From the IMG/VR virus record IMGVR_UViG_3300029395_000163: a stretch of 64,000 nt of DNA; one strand, 5' to 3'. Below the pieces are notes generated by a model that ran no database searches, had not been told where the DNA came from, and was given only the letters and a program-made list of their open reading frames with translations. Position numbers and translations under genes: made by a program. This stretch comes from a virus. This document shows, in pieces, positions 1-7,759 of this stretch. Each line of letters opens with the position of its first letter. Position 1 is the first letter of the stretch.

Positions 1-641
1 GTTTTGAAGAATGAATCCTGATCTTTCAATATTAAGATATTTTTAACTGGGATATGAATAGTGTCTACGATTGTAGACGTAGTAAGAGGGGCATAAGCTG
101 ACATTTCTACGATTTTCGCATCATTCTTCGGCATTTTATTACCGAGCCCCATTGTGAGCCAATCATATGCTTTATCATAAAGCTTCTCATTGATAAAGAT
201 AACCTGTCCGGATTTCGCTTTGGCGCTGGTTCGATACAACATACGATAATGGATGGTTTGAGAACTTTTAACGCTTCCGTCCTTTTTCTTAGTCGTATAA
301 GTGATGGAAACTCCTTCTTCGTAAAATTGTTCTCGAATCTCTCCGCGTTTTTTTGGCGCATATTTATTTTTGTTTCCTTCTATCTTTGCAACAACCTTCT
401 CAAGTTTCTTTCTTTCCTCTTCGTTTGCTGCGTTCTTAATCATTTTATTCAGTCGTTTTTTCTCGTCTTCATACGACCTACTTCCGAAATCAAAATCTAA
501 ACAAATAACATCTCTGGTAGATTCCCCTTTATACACCTTCATGCCGTTTTTTTGAAGGAAATAATAGAACAAACTATTGTTAAGCATTGCATCTGTATAA
601 GTAAAGTAATCTCTAATTCCGAGATTGACATCATAAAGCAT
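1..641 (-). CDS. Hypothetical protein, N-terminal portion (gene continues past the left window edge). Start is uncertain: Met codons at 641, 587 and 542 all lack a good RBS, and a GGAGG at about 691-695 could serve an ATT start near 683.
   Basis: Uninterrupted minus-strand frame from 722 to position 1, verified codon by codon over 1-190 and 360-722. K/E-rich sequence (..NEEERKKLEKVVAKIEGNKNKYAPKKRGEIREQFYEEG..). The F-rich plus-strand ORFs 249..500 and 370..555 are its antisense shadow. Confidence 0.5.
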   Translation of the reverse strand, partial: MLYDVNLGIRDYFTYTDAMLNNSLFYYFLQKNGMKVYKGESTRDVICLDFDFGSRSYEDEKKRLNKMIKNAANEEERKKLEKVVAKIEGNKNKYAPKKRGEIREQFYEEGVSITYTTKKKDGSVKSSQTIHYRMLYRTSAKAKSGQVIFINEKLYDKAYDWLTMGLGNKMPKNDAKIVEMSAYAPLTTSTIVDTIHIPVKNILILKDQDSFFK

Positions 642-687
642 TCCTGCGCTAATATTCTTTATTTTAATTCCGAATTCGCTAATATTG

Positions 688-924
688 CTACCTCCAGTCG
701 TAGTATTCTGCGGTTTTAACTTCTAAGTCGGTTTCTTCTAAGATTTCATCTACGGTCAAACACTTGAAGCAATTATAATGGTAGTAATTTCCCGCATAGG
801 TTTCTATGTAATCTGTTCCCGGCGATATATCCCCGCCGCAATATTTACACTTCATGTAAAATCTTGAATTTGAATAGTTGGGGCATCCGGGTGGGCATTT
901 TGGCTGCTTACATAAATCGCACAT
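688..924 (-). CDS. Small Cys-rich protein (78 aa, about 12 Cys), zinc-ribbon-like
   Basis: ORF-track ORF with CxxC / CPPGC / CKYC / CFKC motifs; sits in the leftward operon. Confidence 0.5.
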   Translation of the reverse strand: MCDLCKQPKCPPGCPNYSNSRFYMKCKYCGGDISPGTDYIETYAGNYYHYNCFKCLTVDEILEETDLEVKTAEYYDWR

Positions 925-926
925 TG

Positions 927-1232
927 TTAATCCTTGTATCCTATGGTTATTGCAGCAAGAATATTTTCATATTCGGCAATTTCTCGCGAAAATCCTGTTT
1001 CCGAATACATATCAGATATCTTCTTTGTCAATGTCATGAATAAATCCATTCGTTCACACGAAACAATAAATCTGTCAATAAAGTTCATGAAAGAATCTGA
1101 TTCTTTTTTCGTCATATACATTTCGGCGATATATTGAGAATTTCTTTTATCCCATTTAGCCATTACATAAATCTGATAGTCTTCGTCTAAATTAATAGAA
1201 ATAGTCTGTCCCTGATTGCTGTATCTAAGCAT
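927..1232 (-). CDS. Hypothetical protein (101 aa)
   Basis: ORF-track ORF, tightly packed in the leftward operon with a 4-nt overlap to the upstream gene. Confidence 0.5.
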   Translation of the reverse strand: MLRYSNQGQTISINLDEDYQIYVMAKWDKRNSQYIAEMYMTKKESDSFMNFIDRFIVSCERMDLFMTLTKKISDMYSETGFSREIAEYENILAAITIGYKD

Positions 1233-1440
1233 ATAAATCCTCCTCTAAATCTTTTGTATCTCTCTCAAGAATGTTAATCATGCACTGCATATCAAATACA
1301 CTGTCATTGATTATCTGGTTGATAATAGCCCCGGGAGTATCTGATTCTTCAAAGATAGTACATTGTTCCCGATGTAACCATTCTCTTGACTTAATTACTG
1401 GATTCTTATTAGTATCTTCTTTTTTATATGTATGAGTCAT
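1225..1440 (-). CDS. Hypothetical protein (71 aa)
   Basis: ORF-track ORF. The RBS GGAGGT sits 6 nt upstream of the ATG on the minus strand, and the 23-bp motif copy A is 32 nt further upstream. Confidence 0.5.
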   Translation of the reverse strand: MTHTYKKEDTNKNPVIKSREWLHREQCTIFEESDTPGAIINQIINDSVFDMQCMINILERDTKDLEEDLYA

Positions 1441-1472
1441 TTAGTTACCTCCATTTCTTGGTGTTTCCGCCT

Positions 1473-1495
1473 GCACTATATACTTCTGAAAACGG
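1473..1495 (-). promoter_or_regulatory. 23-bp conserved motif, copy A (plus strand GCACTATATACTTCTGAAAACGG), just upstream of the leftward gene 1225..1440. Putative promoter/operator.
   Basis: Exact 23-bp direct repeat of 2509..2531. Contains TATATA (-10-like) on the minus strand. Intergenic. Confidence 0.4.
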
Positions 1496-1527
1496 CGTGA
1501 TTTTTTTTGAATTTAGGCTCGCTTTCT

Positions 1528-2283
1528 TTATAGTAGTGCGTTTGCCGCGAGGAGTTCGCTTTCCCATCCGGGATTATTTTTAAGGATGGAGACAGCACCC
1601 TGTAGTTCTTTTTTCCAACCCACCTTATTAATAACAATAACTCGAGGAGAACATATAGGGCTGTTCTTGCTGGAGCGATGGATTATGTTACTTTTTATCA
1701 ATAATGGATTTGCTCCTTTACAAAGTTCTTCTATTGTGCCGTAAAAAGTATTGTAATGAATCCCAATTTCTTCTGCGGATACTTTTATATTTTTAAAAAA
1801 TGCTTCGGGATTTTCTAGTGTTTCCTCTTGATGGGATGATCTTTTTATAATATTTGCTTTTATATATAGATAGACACGAAGAAGAGTATCTTTGGTTATT
1901 GCAGAGTCAATCTTCATGATATTTAAGAGCTCTTTTTCAGTAAAAATAGTAAAATCACACGATGGATCAAAAGCGTCGCAAATCTGATATTTCAAAAACG
2001 ACTCATATCTTAAAACTGATGGTGTATTGAGTGAGCGTATAAGACCTAATTCTTCCAGTTTATTTATTGATTTAACGATATCGTTGAAAATTTTGGGCTT
2101 TCTAGAAGTACATTTTGCAGAATATATATCCATGATTTCTTTAATCGATATAAAGCTTTGGTTTCTAATGTTTCTATTATTGTTTAGCAAGTAATATATG
2201 ACATAGAACGAAGGTGTTACGTCAAAGTCTTTTTCAATATCGCATTTTATAAAATTGTTCGGAATTTTTACGAAATACTCCAT
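1528..2283 (-). CDS. Winged-helix DNA-binding protein, phage replication-initiator or transcriptional-regulator-like (251 aa from an internal start)
   Basis: The ORF-track ORF is 1528..2451, but Met57 at 2283 is preceded by AAGGAG with 7-nt spacing. Sequence is helix-rich (..SIKEIMDIYSAKCTSRKPKIFNDIVKSINKLEELGLIRSL..). It lies next to an ori-like non-coding region. Confidence 0.5.
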   Translation of the reverse strand: MEYFVKIPNNFIKCDIEKDFDVTPSFYVIYYLLNNNRNIRNQSFISIKEIMDIYSAKCTSRKPKIFNDIVKSINKLEELGLIRSLNTPSVLRYESFLKYQICDAFDPSCDFTIFTEKELLNIMKIDSAITKDTLLRVYLYIKANIIKRSSHQEETLENPEAFFKNIKVSAEEIGIHYNTFYGTIEELCKGANPLLIKSNIIHRSSKNSPICSPRVIVINKVGWKKELQGAVSILKNNPGWESELLAANALL

Positions 2284-2508
2284 AGAATTCTCCTTTCTTT
2301 TCGTACCGGACGTACTTTGCCCAGCAAATATGGGTGATTCAGTCTGGAACGACAATTTTGTGACATGACCCCCAGATAAGCACAGTCGAGATGTCATGTT
2401 TTTGTCACCAGAATGTGACCTATTAATATAAGACTTAATAAGATAAGACATTGTTTCGCCAAGTGGACTTTCGTGTTTTCGGCTAGAAAATGCCGAGCCA
2501 CGAGCGTC

Positions 2509-2531
2509 GCACTATATACTTCTGAAAACGG
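2509..2531 (-). promoter_or_regulatory. 23-bp conserved motif, copy B, about 226 nt upstream of the start of the leftward gene 1528..2283
   Basis: Identical to 1473..1495. Confidence 0.4.
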
Positions 2532-2599
2532 ACAGAATTTTTCTGCGATCTGACGGTTACGGTGAGATATTAGACAATTACTGTGCATATTATCCGTGC

Positions 2600-2637
2600 A
2601 ATAACAAAATAAAAAAGACTACACTCATATGTAGTCT
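2600..2637 (-). terminator. Rho-independent terminator for a leftward transcript
   Basis: 8-bp perfect stem AGACTACA/TGTAGTCT (2616-2623 / 2630-2637) with a 6-nt loop. An A-run on the plus strand at 2607-2616 gives a U-run on the minus-strand RNA. Confidence 0.45.
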
Positions 2638-2873
2638 ATAGAATACAAACGTAATTATCTTTTTTCTGCGAATACATCCAGATGTAATCTGAATATAGAT
2701 ACCAATTCACGCAAGAAAGTTTATTTATGAAAACACACACCTAACAGGATGATTCTTGAAAAGGAGTTCAGCGAGCTGAAAGGTTGTTGCAGATAAAGAA
2801 TCGGATTATATGCTGGAGCTAGAGATTATGCAATGATGTAGCGGCAAAAATTCATTTTTCTGAAAAATCGCAA

Positions 2874-2882
2874 ATTGTGGAT
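2874..2882. promoter_or_regulatory. DnaA box (TGTGGATAA, the reverse complement of the TTATCCACA consensus)
   Basis: Perfect 9-mer. It sits inside a 12-bp unit TTGTGGATAAGT that recurs at 2948..2959. Confidence 0.45.
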
Positions 2883-2949
2883 AAGTTTTTAGCAAAATTG
2901 AAAATCTTAGATAGGACCAGTGAATATACGTTCGGAATCATGTTGATAA

Positions 2950-2958
2950 CTTGTGGAT
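2950..2958. promoter_or_regulatory. DnaA box, second copy
   Basis: Perfect 9-mer TGTGGATAA, 76 bp from the first copy. Confidence 0.45.
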
Positions 2959-2959
2959 A

Positions 2960-3260
2960 AGTCGATTTTTGAGGTGAGGTAGGAATGTTTTTTCGGGCAG
3001 GAATAAAGACTAAAACGATGGGCTGTTCGACGGGTGGTTTGAGGTCTGAAATGTGTTTTTGAGCAGTGATTGTGAGGGAAGAGGGAGGTGTTTTTTGGTA
3101 TGAGGATTTTAAGTGAGTGTTTAAGGGGGCTAACTAATTCGATCCGCTAAAATAAAGGCTCTAAGCTAGGTTTTTGCCACCCCCTTATAAACCGTGACAA
3201 ATTTAGATTTGTGGGTGTTTTTGGGTAGGTGAAAAGTCCAAAATACCGCATAAACAAGCC
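2960..3260. repeat. G/T-rich iteron-like degenerate repeats of the form (A/G)TGTTTTT(T)(G/C)G, at least 4 copies. Possible origin iterons or bent DNA.
   Basis: Repeated motifs near 2981, 3047, 3083 and 3214, with strong G/T strand skew. No convincing ORF here (3300..3521 and 3481..3708 on the minus strand rejected). Confidence 0.3.
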
Positions 3261-3296
3261 ATATTTGAGAAAATCGAAAAAAATTGAAAAAAGGGC

Positions 3297-3324
3297 TTGT
3301 CAGATTTTATGCCGGTCATATAGT
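3297..3324 (+). promoter_or_regulatory. Sigma-70-type promoter (TTGTCA-N16-TATAGT)
   Basis: -35 at 3297-3302 and -10 at 3319-3324. Transcripts run rightward toward the leader and the 3727 gene. Confidence 0.5.
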
Positions 3325-3330
3325 AAGAGT

Positions 3331-3588
3331 GTAACTTGAAAATGAGCATTGAAACGAGAGAGAGGAGTAGAAAAGAAACCAGTCAACCAAACACAAAAGA
3401 CCTTCCCATAGGCATGATAAAACGATTTGAAACAAGTCAACAAAGCAACTAGAGACCCTCTAGTAAAACAGGGTTGCACCCTACACGCTAGGGTGTAGCG
3501 TTCCATGACAAACGAATACAAGAGCGGAAGGCAGGTGGTGTATCCCCGAACTTCCGAACCACTTTAGGGAACTAAAGTAGATTTTTTT
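3331..3588 (+). ncRNA. Putative small RNA or terminated leader of about 260 nt, running from the promoter to an intrinsic terminator
   Basis: No ORF with an RBS lies between the promoter at 3297 and the terminator at 3561-3588. The 3' part contains repeat copy 1 (GGTGGTGTATCCCC). Confidence 0.3.
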
Positions 3589-3606
3589 GGTGGTGTATCC
3601 CCAAAC
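3533..3606. repeat. Two direct copies of AGGTGGTGTATCCCC(G/A)AAC, at 3533-3551 and 3587-3606. They flank the leader terminator and are inverted relative to 4601..4622.
   Basis: Read directly from the sequence; the 14-bp core GGTGGTGTATCCCC is identical in both. Confidence 0.6.
3561..3588 (+). terminator. Intrinsic terminator or attenuator (stem ACTTTAG, loop GGAA, stem CTAAAGT, then T7)
   Basis: 7-bp perfect stem with a tetraloop, followed by AGATTTTTTT. Confidence 0.45.
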
Positions 3607-3726
3607 CAAGTCTTTTCCTTTGTGGGGCTGGAAGTGTTGGAAACTCTTGGAAATTCCATATTTTGTCAAAACATTACAAAACTGGGCTACAACTATGCCC
3701 AAAAACAAGAAAAAGGAGAAAAAATC

Positions 3727-4515
3727 ATGAAAACAATGAGTACTTTAAGAATCAGCAACACTAAAATTGAATCCGTAGAAGTTCCGGCTTATACTCTAGG
3801 CGTAAGCAATGAACACTTGTTTGCTAAAGCGGTTAATACTTTACGGCTTAAAGACGAAAAGTCTAAACTTGAGAAAGAGTTTTACAAGTTGACAATTCGT
3901 TTATCAGACGTTCGTAAGGCGGGCTATAACCCTGTGAAAGTATTTGACGACTTAGGCATGAATGAGTATGACGTGGATTCGTCTGTAATCGCAGACAGTT
4001 GTTCATATCTCAAAGCTTTGGACGAAATTTCCAAAGACTACTTATATGACGGCGAAATCCCCGACATCATCAAAACTCGTGCAAGCCTTTATATTGCGGC
4101 TATTGACGACAAAGTGTCTATTGGAACAGCTTTAAAGACTACAGGTAAAAAATTAGGGTTCGTTCCAAATCCTGTAAACTTTGGCAATGGTAGCACTGAC
4201 TTGTATGATATTGGCTTTGCTCATGGGACTTATGGACTCAACGAAGACGAAAAGAAGAACAAAGAAAAAGAGTTTGTGGAAGCGTTAAAAGTTTACGCTA
4301 AACAGTACGAAACGCAAAAAGGGGAACTCACAGACACTTATAAGTATAAGATAAACAAAAGGGTAGTCAACGCACTTCTTACACCTTTAGAAGAAACACT
4401 TGGAAGCGATAAGAAAACAGGCGAAATTGTATATATTCGTCTGAAAAATAAAGATAAGTGGTTGTGCGTTCTGGCTAGAGCGTTGTTTAGGATGCCAGAA
4501 CCTGAAACAAAATAG
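3727..4515 (+). CDS. Hypothetical protein (262 aa), a moron-like gene with its own terminators
   Basis: ORF-track ORF is 3622..4515. Met36 at 3727 is preceded by AAAAGGAGAAAAAATC. No recognisable domain. Confidence 0.6.
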   Translation: MKTMSTLRISNTKIESVEVPAYTLGVSNEHLFAKAVNTLRLKDEKSKLEKEFYKLTIRLSDVRKAGYNPVKVFDDLGMNEYDVDSSVIADSCSYLKALDEISKDYLYDGEIPDIIKTRASLYIAAIDDKVSIGTALKTTGKKLGFVPNPVNFGNGSTDLYDIGFAHGTYGLNEDEKKNKEKEFVEALKVYAKQYETQKGELTDTYKYKINKRVVNALLTPLEETLGSDKKTGEIVYIRLKNKDKWLCVLARALFRMPEPETK

Positions 4516-4585
4516 GCGACGTGCTAGCAAGAACTGAGTTTAGCATCCTAGCGCCCACCCAATTACAACGCCGCCAAAAACAGTG

Positions 4586-4628
4586 CGGTACCAAGAATAC
4601 AGGCTTGGGATACACCACCCACCTGTAT
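4586..4628 (+). repeat. Hairpin GAATACAGG..CCTGTATTC whose loop carries an inverted copy (GGGATACACCACCC) of the 3533/3587 repeat
   Basis: 9-bp perfect stem. The loop is the reverse complement of GGGTGGTGTATCCC. Confidence 0.55.
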
Positions 4629-4656
4629 TCAACACTAAAGCTAATATATCACAATT

Positions 4657-4714
4657 AGAGCTGGTCTGTCCAGCTCTTTTTTCGCACACAGGAGCGTACA
4701 TACGCTCTTTTTTT
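4657..4714 (+). terminator. Two tandem rho-independent terminators
   Basis: AGAGCTGG-tctgt-CCAGCTCT followed by T6, then GAGCGTA-ca-TACGCTC followed by T7. Confidence 0.65.
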
Positions 4715-4782
4715 ATTACAAAAATTTTTTCGCGTCACGTTTAACGCGAAAACCAAAATCCACCGTGAAAGGGGCTAATAGT

Positions 4783-5157
4783 ATGAAAATCCTAAATATG
4801 GCACTTTGCGCCAATAGACACAATATACCCGAAGCAACCGATGGCTATATTTTCCGCGAAATAGCCGACCCAACCAACACTTGGCGGCTCGAAAAACAGG
4901 CATTTTCCGCCATATGGGCTGCGTGCAACGCCAAAAAATACCTCGTGTATTTAGGTTCAATCAGTCCGCGATTTGGCAACTGCGATTTAGAAGACGCTTT
5001 ATGCATCGAGAAAGACGTGCATTTAAACCTGTACGTTACCGGATTAACTCCGGCTTTAATTGCAGTATTAAACATTTGCCGCGAAGAGTCAATCACGGTT
5101 GACTTATACCATTATGACCGCGAAACAGGCGGTTACTTTATTCAAAAGGTCAAATAA
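4783..5157 (+). CDS. Hypothetical protein (124 aa)
   Basis: ORF-track ORF 4765..5157 begins at GTG. The ATG at 4783 has a GAAAGGGG RBS with 8-nt spacing. Confidence 0.5.
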   Translation: MKILNMALCANRHNIPEATDGYIFREIADPTNTWRLEKQAFSAIWAACNAKKYLVYLGSISPRFGNCDLEDALCIEKDVHLNLYVTGLTPALIAVLNICREESITVDLYHYDRETGGYFIQKVK

Positions 5158-5184
5158 TCCAAATCCACGAAAGGGGTTAATGCC

Positions 5185-5778
5185 ATGAAATATAATAATT
5201 TTTACATGAGAAGCAATGATACAGACCAGCTTTACAAGTTTGTTCTTACACCGTTCCAGTGCGAGTTCTTGAAAGAAGTACTTTCACACTGTGACGTATT
5301 AGAGTACACAGCCGGAAGAAAGTGGCAGATGATTCAGCTTTCGGTAGCAATCAAGCTCAAAGGCTTTCAGATGCCGAAAAATAGTCTAGTAATATTCGAC
5401 AGGAATGGCTATATCTGGGCTTATACTCGTCTTTCCAGCTTTATCGGAAAGAAGAAGAATCTCAAGTATATGCGACTGGCGTGTTATGACCCGGATTTAG
5501 ACGAATGGTCTGATACGATTATCGGCAGAAATTCGCTGTCATTAAGCGTTTACGATGCCATTGTGCTTACCGGACGAAAGCGGACAAAACGTGCGTATGA
5601 CCCATCAAGGGAAAACTACTCAAAATGGATGAATCACGCAAGAAAAGCTAAAAAAGGAACCGGCGGACAGAGGGATTTTCCGGAAACCACAACAGAACAA
5701 CTCAATTATCGCGGATTCACGGACGAATCATATTGGGCTGGAATGGTTGGTTCAATGGTCGCAAACGGAATCAGATAA
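5185..5778 (+). CDS. Hypothetical protein (197 aa)
   Basis: ORF with an AAAGGGG RBS. Confidence 0.55.
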   Translation: MKYNNFYMRSNDTDQLYKFVLTPFQCEFLKEVLSHCDVLEYTAGRKWQMIQLSVAIKLKGFQMPKNSLVIFDRNGYIWAYTRLSSFIGKKKNLKYMRLACYDPDLDEWSDTIIGRNSLSLSVYDAIVLTGRKRTKRAYDPSRENYSKWMNHARKAKKGTGGQRDFPETTTEQLNYRGFTDESYWAGMVGSMVANGIR

Positions 5779-5840
5779 AACCAGCGGTAAAAAAAATAAA
5801 TGGGTAGGGAATACTCTGCCATTCTGAAGGGAGAAGAGAA

Positions 5841-6146
5841 ATGTTAGAGAAGTTATTATCATTATTTGCGGGAATCGGATTAGCAGTATTATTAATTATT
5901 GCAGCAAGCGGAAATTTGAGCAGCCAAAAGCAGGAAGTCAAAGCGGCAACAGAAACCACTATTGCAACAACCGAAAAATCGGAAGCTACAACTGCCGAAA
6001 AATCGGAAGCAAATACAGAAGAAGTATTTAGCAACGGAAACACAAAAGACACAATCAATATGAATACTGTTACAGATTTTGAAGTAGATGGGAATACATT
6101 AATCATCTATACAAATGACGGTAGTGCATACGAATGGGAAAGGTAG
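5841..6146 (+). CDS. Small membrane-anchored or secreted protein with a TTEKSEA tandem repeat (101 aa)
   Basis: N-terminal hydrophobic segment, GAAGGGAGAAG RBS, internal repeat ATTEKSEATTAEKSEA. Confidence 0.5.
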   Translation: MLEKLLSLFAGIGLAVLLIIAASGNLSSQKQEVKAATETTIATTEKSEATTAEKSEANTEEVFSNGNTKDTINMNTVTDFEVDGNTLIIYTNDGSAYEWER

Positions 6147-6155
6147 GTAAGACAA

Positions 6156-6626
6156 ATGAATAATGGACTTTATATGATGATTTCAGATAAGGAAGTAAGA
6201 GAAAACACGAGTAGAACGCCGGTGAGTAACTTATTAATTACATTAACACTTATTATGGTACTTGCGATGAATCCGGTAACCGTAAAAGCGAATACAAACA
6301 AGGATTTATCCGTTGCAACAACATATATTTCGCGGCATTATCCGGGATATAAAGTTCGGTTCGTTCCGGAAGGGAAGCCAAATACGATGAAGCTGCGGAC
6401 TCGCAAGGGAAAACGGATTGTTTATGTAGAGATTTTAAAGTCGCGCGCAAAGGGAAGCCTAAAAGGCAAACGGCGAAGCTGGGGAATCACGGCGAAAGGT
6501 TCGTATATTACATACAATCGGCGGGTAAAAATCGGCAAACGGGTTACTAGCTACTGTATATGGAATCCGAATAGCAATTACACGGACGACGTAGTTGCGG
6601 TAGTAGATAACGGGTTCATTCGCTAA
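6156..6626 (+). CDS. Secreted basic protein (156 aa) with a signal-peptide-like N-terminus
   Basis: Hydrophobic stretch LLITLTLIMVLAMNPVTVKA, then a K/R-rich body. Confidence 0.5.
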   Translation: MNNGLYMMISDKEVRENTSRTPVSNLLITLTLIMVLAMNPVTVKANTNKDLSVATTYISRHYPGYKVRFVPEGKPNTMKLRTRKGKRIVYVEILKSRAKGSLKGKRRSWGITAKGSYITYNRRVKIGKRVTSYCIWNPNSNYTDDVVAVVDNGFIR

Positions 6627-6707
6627 ATCGGAAGGCAAACGAGAAATAGGGTGGTACCGCAATTTAGCAAGGGAAACAAGCTTGATTTTGGTAAAGGAGG
6701 AATAGAA

Positions 6708-7388
6708 ATGGGATTAAAGGCAACAAATAATCTTCTTGGAATTGAAGACATAAGAGAGGAGTTGTTTTCATACTGCACAGCAACTTCATGTGGGGAATGT
6801 CTTTTTAAATTGTCATGTGATTTTTACGATATGGATGAAGAAGAAATTGAAATATACTATGCGTTAATTTTTGAGACAGATGAAATGAAGAGAGAAGATA
6901 AGGCGAAACTGATTTATGAGGTACAATGGCTTAAACAACATTGCTATAGAGGATGTGAAAATTGTGCTCTTGTTGATGTCGAGGATTGTTCTTGCTTTGA
7001 TAAAGAAGAAATTATTCATAGAAACTTTGATGCGATAATGAAAAAGAGAAAAGAAATTTTGGAATATTGCAAAAAACATAGCTGTGTTAGTTGTGCTGCG
7101 AATGATATATGCAATCGTAATATTGATCTCGACGACCCAGAGGTCTCTGATTCCTATATAGAGAGAGTTTACAAAAAAGCACTGAAAACCGTGCAGAATC
7201 ATGGGAAAGATGAGAAAACAGACACCAAAGTAAGAATAGAAGGCAAAGCAGATTCGGAAAATATTATACTGGAAAATTCAGCGGAAAACGAAACCGTAAT
7301 TAAAATTTCTTCAAACAGGAAAATTGATAACGTTACAATAGTTTTTGCAGAAGAGAAGGGAGAAAAGCACGATGGCGTACAGAAATAA
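6708..7388 (+). CDS. Cys-rich repeat protein (226 aa) with three CxxC-containing modules. Paralogous domain to 8350..8973.
   Basis: ORF-track ORF is 6651..7388. Met at 6708 follows AAAGGAGGAATAGAA. Motifs YCTATSCGEC, HCYRGCENC, YCKKHSCVSC. Confidence 0.5.
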   Translation: MGLKATNNLLGIEDIREELFSYCTATSCGECLFKLSCDFYDMDEEEIEIYYALIFETDEMKREDKAKLIYEVQWLKQHCYRGCENCALVDVEDCSCFDKEEIIHRNFDAIMKKRKEILEYCKKHSCVSCAANDICNRNIDLDDPEVSDSYIERVYKKALKTVQNHGKDEKTDTKVRIEGKADSENIILENSAENETVIKISSNRKIDNVTIVFAEEKGEKHDGVQK

Positions 7389-7749
7389 TATGAACCCCAT
7401 GAAGTTAATATTGGTAGTGATTTTTGCGGCAGTAATCGTATCTATGACGTTAACTGGCTGCAAAAAATGTGTGTCAACAGAATATGAATATGTTCCAGTA
7501 AAGATTATAGATGCAAAAAGACGATCGGCTTATTCATATCCAGTAAGAGTAGGGAAAACAACGTCAATTAGAGTTGTTCCTGCGTCATATAATACAGTCG
7601 TTGAGTATGATTCTGTGGAATATTCCCTTAGCAGTTCAGAAACGTATTACAAATACCGGGATAAAATCGGCAAAACCGCAAAAGGGAAATTAGAAACAAA
7701 GCGTTACGATGATGGAAGTACAAAAGTCCGAATTGTATCGCTAGAATAA
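7372..7749 (+). CDS. Lipoprotein (125 aa) with an LTGC lipobox
   Basis: ORF-track ORF is 7345..7749. Met at 7372 follows GAAGGGAGAAAAG. Signal plus lipobox VSMTLTGCKK. Confidence 0.5.
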   Translation: MAYRNNMNPMKLILVVIFAAVIVSMTLTGCKKCVSTEYEYVPVKIIDAKRRSAYSYPVRVGKTTSIRVVPASYNTVVEYDSVEYSLSSSETYYKYRDKIGKTAKGKLETKRYDDGSTKVRIVSLE

Positions 7750-7759
7750 GGAGGGAATT

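Noticed and set aside
107-555. ORF-track ORFs 107..361 (-), 249..500 (+) and 370..555 (+)
   Set aside because: They are low-complexity F/L/S-rich or alternative-frame translations overlapping a long minus-strand frame (1..641) that has protein-like composition. Treated as shadow ORFs of that gene.
1-641. Reverse-transcriptase or Cas9-like identity for the partial leftward protein
   Set aside because: VICLDFDFGS superficially resembles an RT motif A or a RuvC-I, but there is no YxDD, no upstream RT motifs 1-2, and no Cas9-like arginine-rich helix. Left as hypothetical.
2394-2588. 64-aa minus-strand ORF
   Set aside because: Lies in the promoter/leader region of gene 1528..2283, has no RBS, and overlaps the 23-bp regulatory repeat.
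3300-3708. Minus-strand ORFs 3300..3521 and 3481..3708
   Set aside because: They lie antisense to the rightward promoter, leader and terminator elements. They have no RBS and non-protein-like composition.
4775-5102. Overlapping ORFs 4775..4960 (-), 4845..5096 (-) and 4881..5102 (+)
   Set aside because: They are alternative frames of the better-supported 4783..5157 gene. No RBS and R-rich junk composition.
5771-7202. Minus-strand ORFs 5771..6106, 6253..6450, 6459..6662 and 6864..7202
   Set aside because: Antisense to RBS-supported plus-strand genes in a region that is otherwise uniformly rightward.
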